From Blepharisma stoltei ATCC 30299 (taxonomy: Eukaryota; Protista; Ciliophora), in assembly GCA_965603825.1 (NCBI GenBank), contig CBFDEM010000050.1, forward strand, positions 186,001 to 250,000: 64,000 nucleotides of DNA, written 5' to 3'. Shown here piece by piece: positions 59,802 through 64,000 of this stretch. The notes beneath the pieces are model-generated. The model was given only the letters and a program-made list of their open reading frames with translations, had not been told where the DNA came from and did not search any database. The position numbers were made by a program, and so were the translations under genes. Position 1 is the stretch's first letter, and each line of letters starts with the position of its first letter.

Positions 59802-60273
59802 TATTATCTTATGATATAAAGAACATTAATATCATTAATAAATGAATTATTTGTGTTTGAATGGCTTTTAATGATAAATTTATGTAAATGCATCGATTTA
59901 TTTTAAAATTTGCAGTTTTTGAGGCTTTTCAAGATTCAAATAGCAATTTATGCAACCAACGATTATAACTTAGAAAGCCAAAAACTAATCTTATTTAAAA
60001 ATTGTGATATGATAAGTGCATACATATTGCTGGGGCCTAGGCTCCCTTCCTCATAGTATTTATACCAAAAATATTAGTAGACCCACATGTTTTAATTCAT
60101 TTATTTCAGTTATTAATTGTAGTTGAGAAGAAATTCCCAGTATCAAGGCACAATTGTGGCCGAGCTAAATAATACAAATAAATTTTACAATAATTATAAA
60201 CTACACATTTTTCAAGAATATTTACAAACTATTTTTCATATGCTTTTTGAACTCAACTTTAAATAATTAAATT

Positions 60274-61623
60274 ATGGAAGAGCATAAAAAATATTTCGAT
60301 ATGCCTCTTATTATTGGGCGAAGAATATGAAAACCCCCCTCCACATCAGAATCTTCCAAAAAGTTAGCATTAGACCCCGTCAACTGTTGAAATCTCCCGA
60401 GAGGTGAAGGTCGAAAAATCCCAGGCGTCATTAAAAGAATTAGAGCAAAACAATTTAGAATTAAAAGGAAAGAAGATTTTTCCAAAACTTCTCGTTCACA
60501 CAACGCAACCCCAGAATCTTTATCGAACCCTTTTGAATTTGATAAAAAATTAACTCATATACAAGAACAACTAAAAAGTATTGATAAGATAAACACGCAA
60601 GCCTGCTCAAAAAATAACTATATGTCATTGTTAAATGAAGATCGGCCTTTAATAATTGATACTTTTAATGATTGGCAATCTCAAAAACCAAAAAACACAA
60701 AAAAATCGTTAATATTAGAAGATAGGCCATTGTCAATAAATACGAACCATGGTTGGGTTTCGGAGAAATCTCAGCCTAAAGAGCAAATTACACCAAGTTT
60801 TCAATCAAAAAAGGTTGAAATGATATTTGAAAGCACAGGAGGGAGTGATGACATTTTAAATGAAGAAGCACAAACTGTGCCTACTGAAATGTCATTTTCA
60901 GATGTAGACATTGAAAATAGCTGAAATTTTTCTCCAAATTATCAAATTGAAAATCTAGGAGCGTGGCTGAATAAAAATCAAAAAAATCTTGATATGCCTA
61001 GAATAATTAGCTCAAAATCACTTAAAAGCTCGACTATGAATGAAAATAATAAAAGCAAAATCCTAGATCCTATGAATTGTTGGAATATTCCTAAAGATGA
61101 TGAAAGAAAAATGCCAGGCGGAATCAAGAAAATCAGGGCTAGACAATTTAGACTGAAACGCAAAGAAGATGACTGCTTAACCTGCAGATCATATACTCCA
61201 GTTTTAGACCCAAATCCATTTGAATTTGATAAAAAAATCTTGCAAATACAAAAGCAACTGGAAAATATTGAGAAAATAAGCTCTGGGATGCCGATGGATA
61301 ATAAACTCAAGATGTTTAATAAAGAAGATCGGCTTTTACTTAACAATAAATGCTATGACTGAAAGGTAAAAAGAGTTCAAAATCTAAAGCGAGCAAGTGT
61401 TTCGGCATCTACTGAAAACCGACCTTTGGCAATTGACACTAGTGATTGAAAATGCCAAAAATCAAACGCAAAACAGCCAATTACACCAAGTTTCCAGTCC
61501 AAAAAAATCGAAATTAAATTTGAAAGCACAGGTGGGAGCGATGATGTTTTCGCTGAAGAAGCCCAAACAGTCCCAACTGAGTTATCATTTTCTGAAGAAA
61601 ACATAGAATTCAACTGAAATTAG
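60274..61623 (+). CDS. Hypothetical 449-aa protein made of two tandem homologous halves; six TGA(Trp)
   Basis: ATG 60274 to TAG 61621-61623 with no internal TAA/TAG; halves offset by 693 nt. Confidence 0.75.
60298..61620 (+). repeat. Diverged direct duplication: 60298-60927 vs 60991-61620
   Basis: Shared peptides DMP.II, LDP.NCWN.P, RK.PG.IK.IRA.QFR.KRKED, NPFEFDKK, ITPSFQSKK.E..FESTGGSDD, EEAQTVPTE.SFS. Confidence 0.93.
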
Positions 61624-61796
61624 TCACAAAATTTATATATACACATTTAACGCGATTTTCTAACTTTCCATAAACAGTTCAAGGCCACCATTAAGATTAT
61701 GATCATATATAATTTATTTCATATACTACAAAAGAATGTACTTTAAGTTACCTCATAATAATAAGTTAGCAATTATATACCTCTTGTAAATCTAAT

Positions 61797-64000
61797 TTAG
61801 TTAAGTTTTCCTTGGCAATCCTTTGCTCCACAGTGGCAATAGATTTTTTCAGACTCAACATCAAAATTATAATCATAAGTAATTTCTTCTCCTTTATGTA
61901 TCAGTCTTTTTGCAAATAAAAGAATGTGCTTTTCTCCTTCGATTTCACACGTTGTGGCTTCACAATTGGGTTGGCAAGAATGGTTGATGAATCTTGCTTT
62001 GCCTCCTTTGACTGTGGCATCTAAAACATAGTCTTCATCTAGTCTAAATAAATAGCAGCTTCCTTCACCGATTCCTTTTTCTTCATATTCTTTTTCTCTT
62101 AAATCAGCAATTCTATTCCTAACGACTTCTCCAATATATTCAATAACGATTTGTCCTGGATTGATATCAGCATTTGTAAAAAGTCCTAACCCATGAATAT
62201 TGGACTGTAAAACTTCTACAGATTTATCTCTATTAGGATTTTTCCTATATTTCCTGTATTCAGGGACTAATGAGGTCTCTCTTTTAGCTTCGCTTAAATT
62301 TGATTCTTCGTAGTTTACAGACTTATGGTTAATGCTTGATTTTGGCATTTCTGGGGGAGGCTTTTTATGCTTTTCGAAAGGTGCCAGTGAGCTTGATCCA
62401 TAAGGAGATGGCTTGAGATGGCTTATTATGTCAGTTAAAGACCTTGGCTTTGTTTCTTTAATTGTTTTATAATGACTTGTTTCAGGCAATGGTGGCAAAA
62501 AATGAGAAATTGCCGAGTAGCCAAAAAAGTCTGACGCATTTTTCATTAAAAAGCTTTCCCCAACTTTAAGTTTTGGCCATAAATCTTCAATATTTACTGA
62601 GCACATTATTTCTTTGCTGTTAAATTCATTATCAATCACAACAGAGACTCTATAAACTTCATCAACATATTCACATTTTAAGAGCTGCCTGCATCCATCG
62701 ATTCAAAATCTCCTATAAGAAACAAGTATCTGTTCATTTTCTTCAGGAATTTCAGTGATAATGAGTGAACCAATTCTATTAAAAACTTTTCGAATAAAAT
62801 AAGGCTTTTTATTGAATTTTTTCCCTCTTGTTACATACATTTTTTTATGTGTAGAATTCATCAATGATTCAATAGAAATCGGCTTTGAAGATACTTCTCT
62901 AGGCATAGGGCAGGAAATGCATAAAACTCCTTTGTTTTCTAATAACTGGACTCTTCCTAACAAAGCGCAAGGAAAATGATAAGAATTATGGCACTTTTTC
63001 GAGATACAGCACAAACTTGCCCCATTAAGCCCGCATTCTTTACATTTTGTCTTTTTTGCTTTGATTAATGCTGCATTTAAATTCATGATCCCTCCTGCTT
63101 CTTCAGTTTTAACCTCTGTGCTCCAATATGCACAATTAGCATGCACCCATACTCCTTCATCAGTTGGCAGCAGTCTTCCTGACATCTTTCTTTCTCCATT
63201 TTGCTTACAAAGTACACAATTTAATGAGAAAGTTCTGTCTCCTTCTACTTGGTCGTCACTTCTGATTCCATAAAAAACTTCTCTATGCAGCAATTCTTCA
63301 TGGAACATTTTTTCTGATCTGAAATTTTCACTTTCGTCAGAAGTTGAATTATTGCTGTTAATTAAGTGCAAAGTGATTTTTATTAGATTTTCCCTTATCC
63401 ATTCTTCAAATCTTTTGGCAAATGCTATTGCTGCAGGGAGTTCTTGATTTATATAGAGGTGGGCAAGCTCTTCAGAGTCGAGCTCACTTGATAAGACCTC
63501 TTGAGTGATTTCGTGAGGCTTTAAGGAGTCATGATCATTATGTGATGAATTCTGCTGGTTCAAAGGAAGGTCAATTGTATTGCTGGTAGCTAAAATAGTC
63601 CATTCGCAGCGCTCATAGAGGTATTGGTCTGGGTCTCTTGGAAGTGGCATGAAATGGGTGATTTCATCGAAATTCCAAATATAAATAGGGAAGTATACAA
63701 AAATTGATCCAATGCTTGGCATTGGCGCAAGTAAAATTTCAACAATTTCGATGCTCATCAGAGGGGAATAAATTTGGTCTATTGATCCCATCAGATTAGA
63801 AGTGTCCCACTCTAAGCTCCAAATTGGTAATGAATCCCTTGGTCTATGTATTTTAACAATAGGCACCTGAATATTAGGAATGTCACTTATCCGAAGCCCA
63901 TCAATTGAAGGGACAGTTGTTAGCCTATAGCTTGATTCTCTATGACATTTAGTTTTCACTATATCAACGCCTCTTCCCATAAACAATTCTTTCATTTCTT
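61797..64000 (-). CDS. MLL/Trithorax-like histone H3K4 methyltransferase (ePHD-FYR-SET-postSET), 5' end outside the window; TGA(Trp) at 62703
   Basis: ePHD CVLC..GRLL..WVHANCAYWS..CKECG..GAS..HFPCA; FYRN-like RIGSL; SET IHGLGLF, EYIGE, ARFINHSCQPNC, EEITYDYNF; post-SET CHCGAKDCQGKLN. Confidence 0.93.

Noticed and set aside
2663-62705. Many genes appearing as pseudogenes with premature stops
   Set aside because: The interruptions are either TGA at Trp positions or consensus 15-16 nt introns; essential genes such as POLD2 and UTP20 are otherwise intact.
8005-63273. Numerous short track ORFs opposite or inside long genes (e.g. 17202-17723, 27602-28102, 34287-34691, 52822-53172)
   Set aside because: Antisense or alternate-frame shadows of well-supported genes, with no recognisable motifs.
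1-64000. Operon-like functional cluster, CRISPR array, tRNA/rRNA genes, telomeric repeats or transposase
   Set aside because: Neighbouring genes are functionally unrelated housekeeping genes, and I found none of the diagnostic sequences by eye.

Overview
Gene-dense, AT-rich eukaryotic DNA with about 40 protein-coding genes. It is almost certainly the somatic (macronuclear) genome of a heterotrich ciliate of the Blepharisma type. Two properties break the supplied ORF track. (1) TGA is read as Trp: I count 44 in-frame TGA codons in 20 genes, several at invariant Trp positions, and every complete gene can be ended on TAA/TAG. (2) Introns are only 15-16 nt (11 found, all GTA...A-nnn-AG). Applying both rules joins most fragments into complete genes and reveals genes absent or badly truncated in the track: an aldo-keto reductase, a REEP/HVA22 protein, RPP38, a PH-FYVE protein, a 183-aa orphan and a 449-aa duplicated-fused orphan. 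Recognisable genes: NEK kinase, VMP1, POLD2, a nucleotide-sugar transporter, tandem INO1 x2, CFAP20, coronin, a cyclic-nucleotide-binding channel, COX19, VPS18, UTP20, SART1, MED6, RPL7, CFAP58, a TTLL glutamylase, CDPK, SEC31, a PDK1-like kinase and an MLL-like SET protein. The code and the tiny introns are known heterotrich features, not discoveries. The best candidates for something new are strongly gene-specific TGA vs TGG usage, a SART1/Snu66 lacking its N-terminal region, a BTB-Tubby fusion, a channel with a GND rather than GYG filter, a tandem duplication fused through its lost stop codon, and 8-17 nt intergenic gaps. I found no tRNA, rRNA, telomere repeat, CRISPR array or convincing transposon. 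All assignments are by eye, with no database search.
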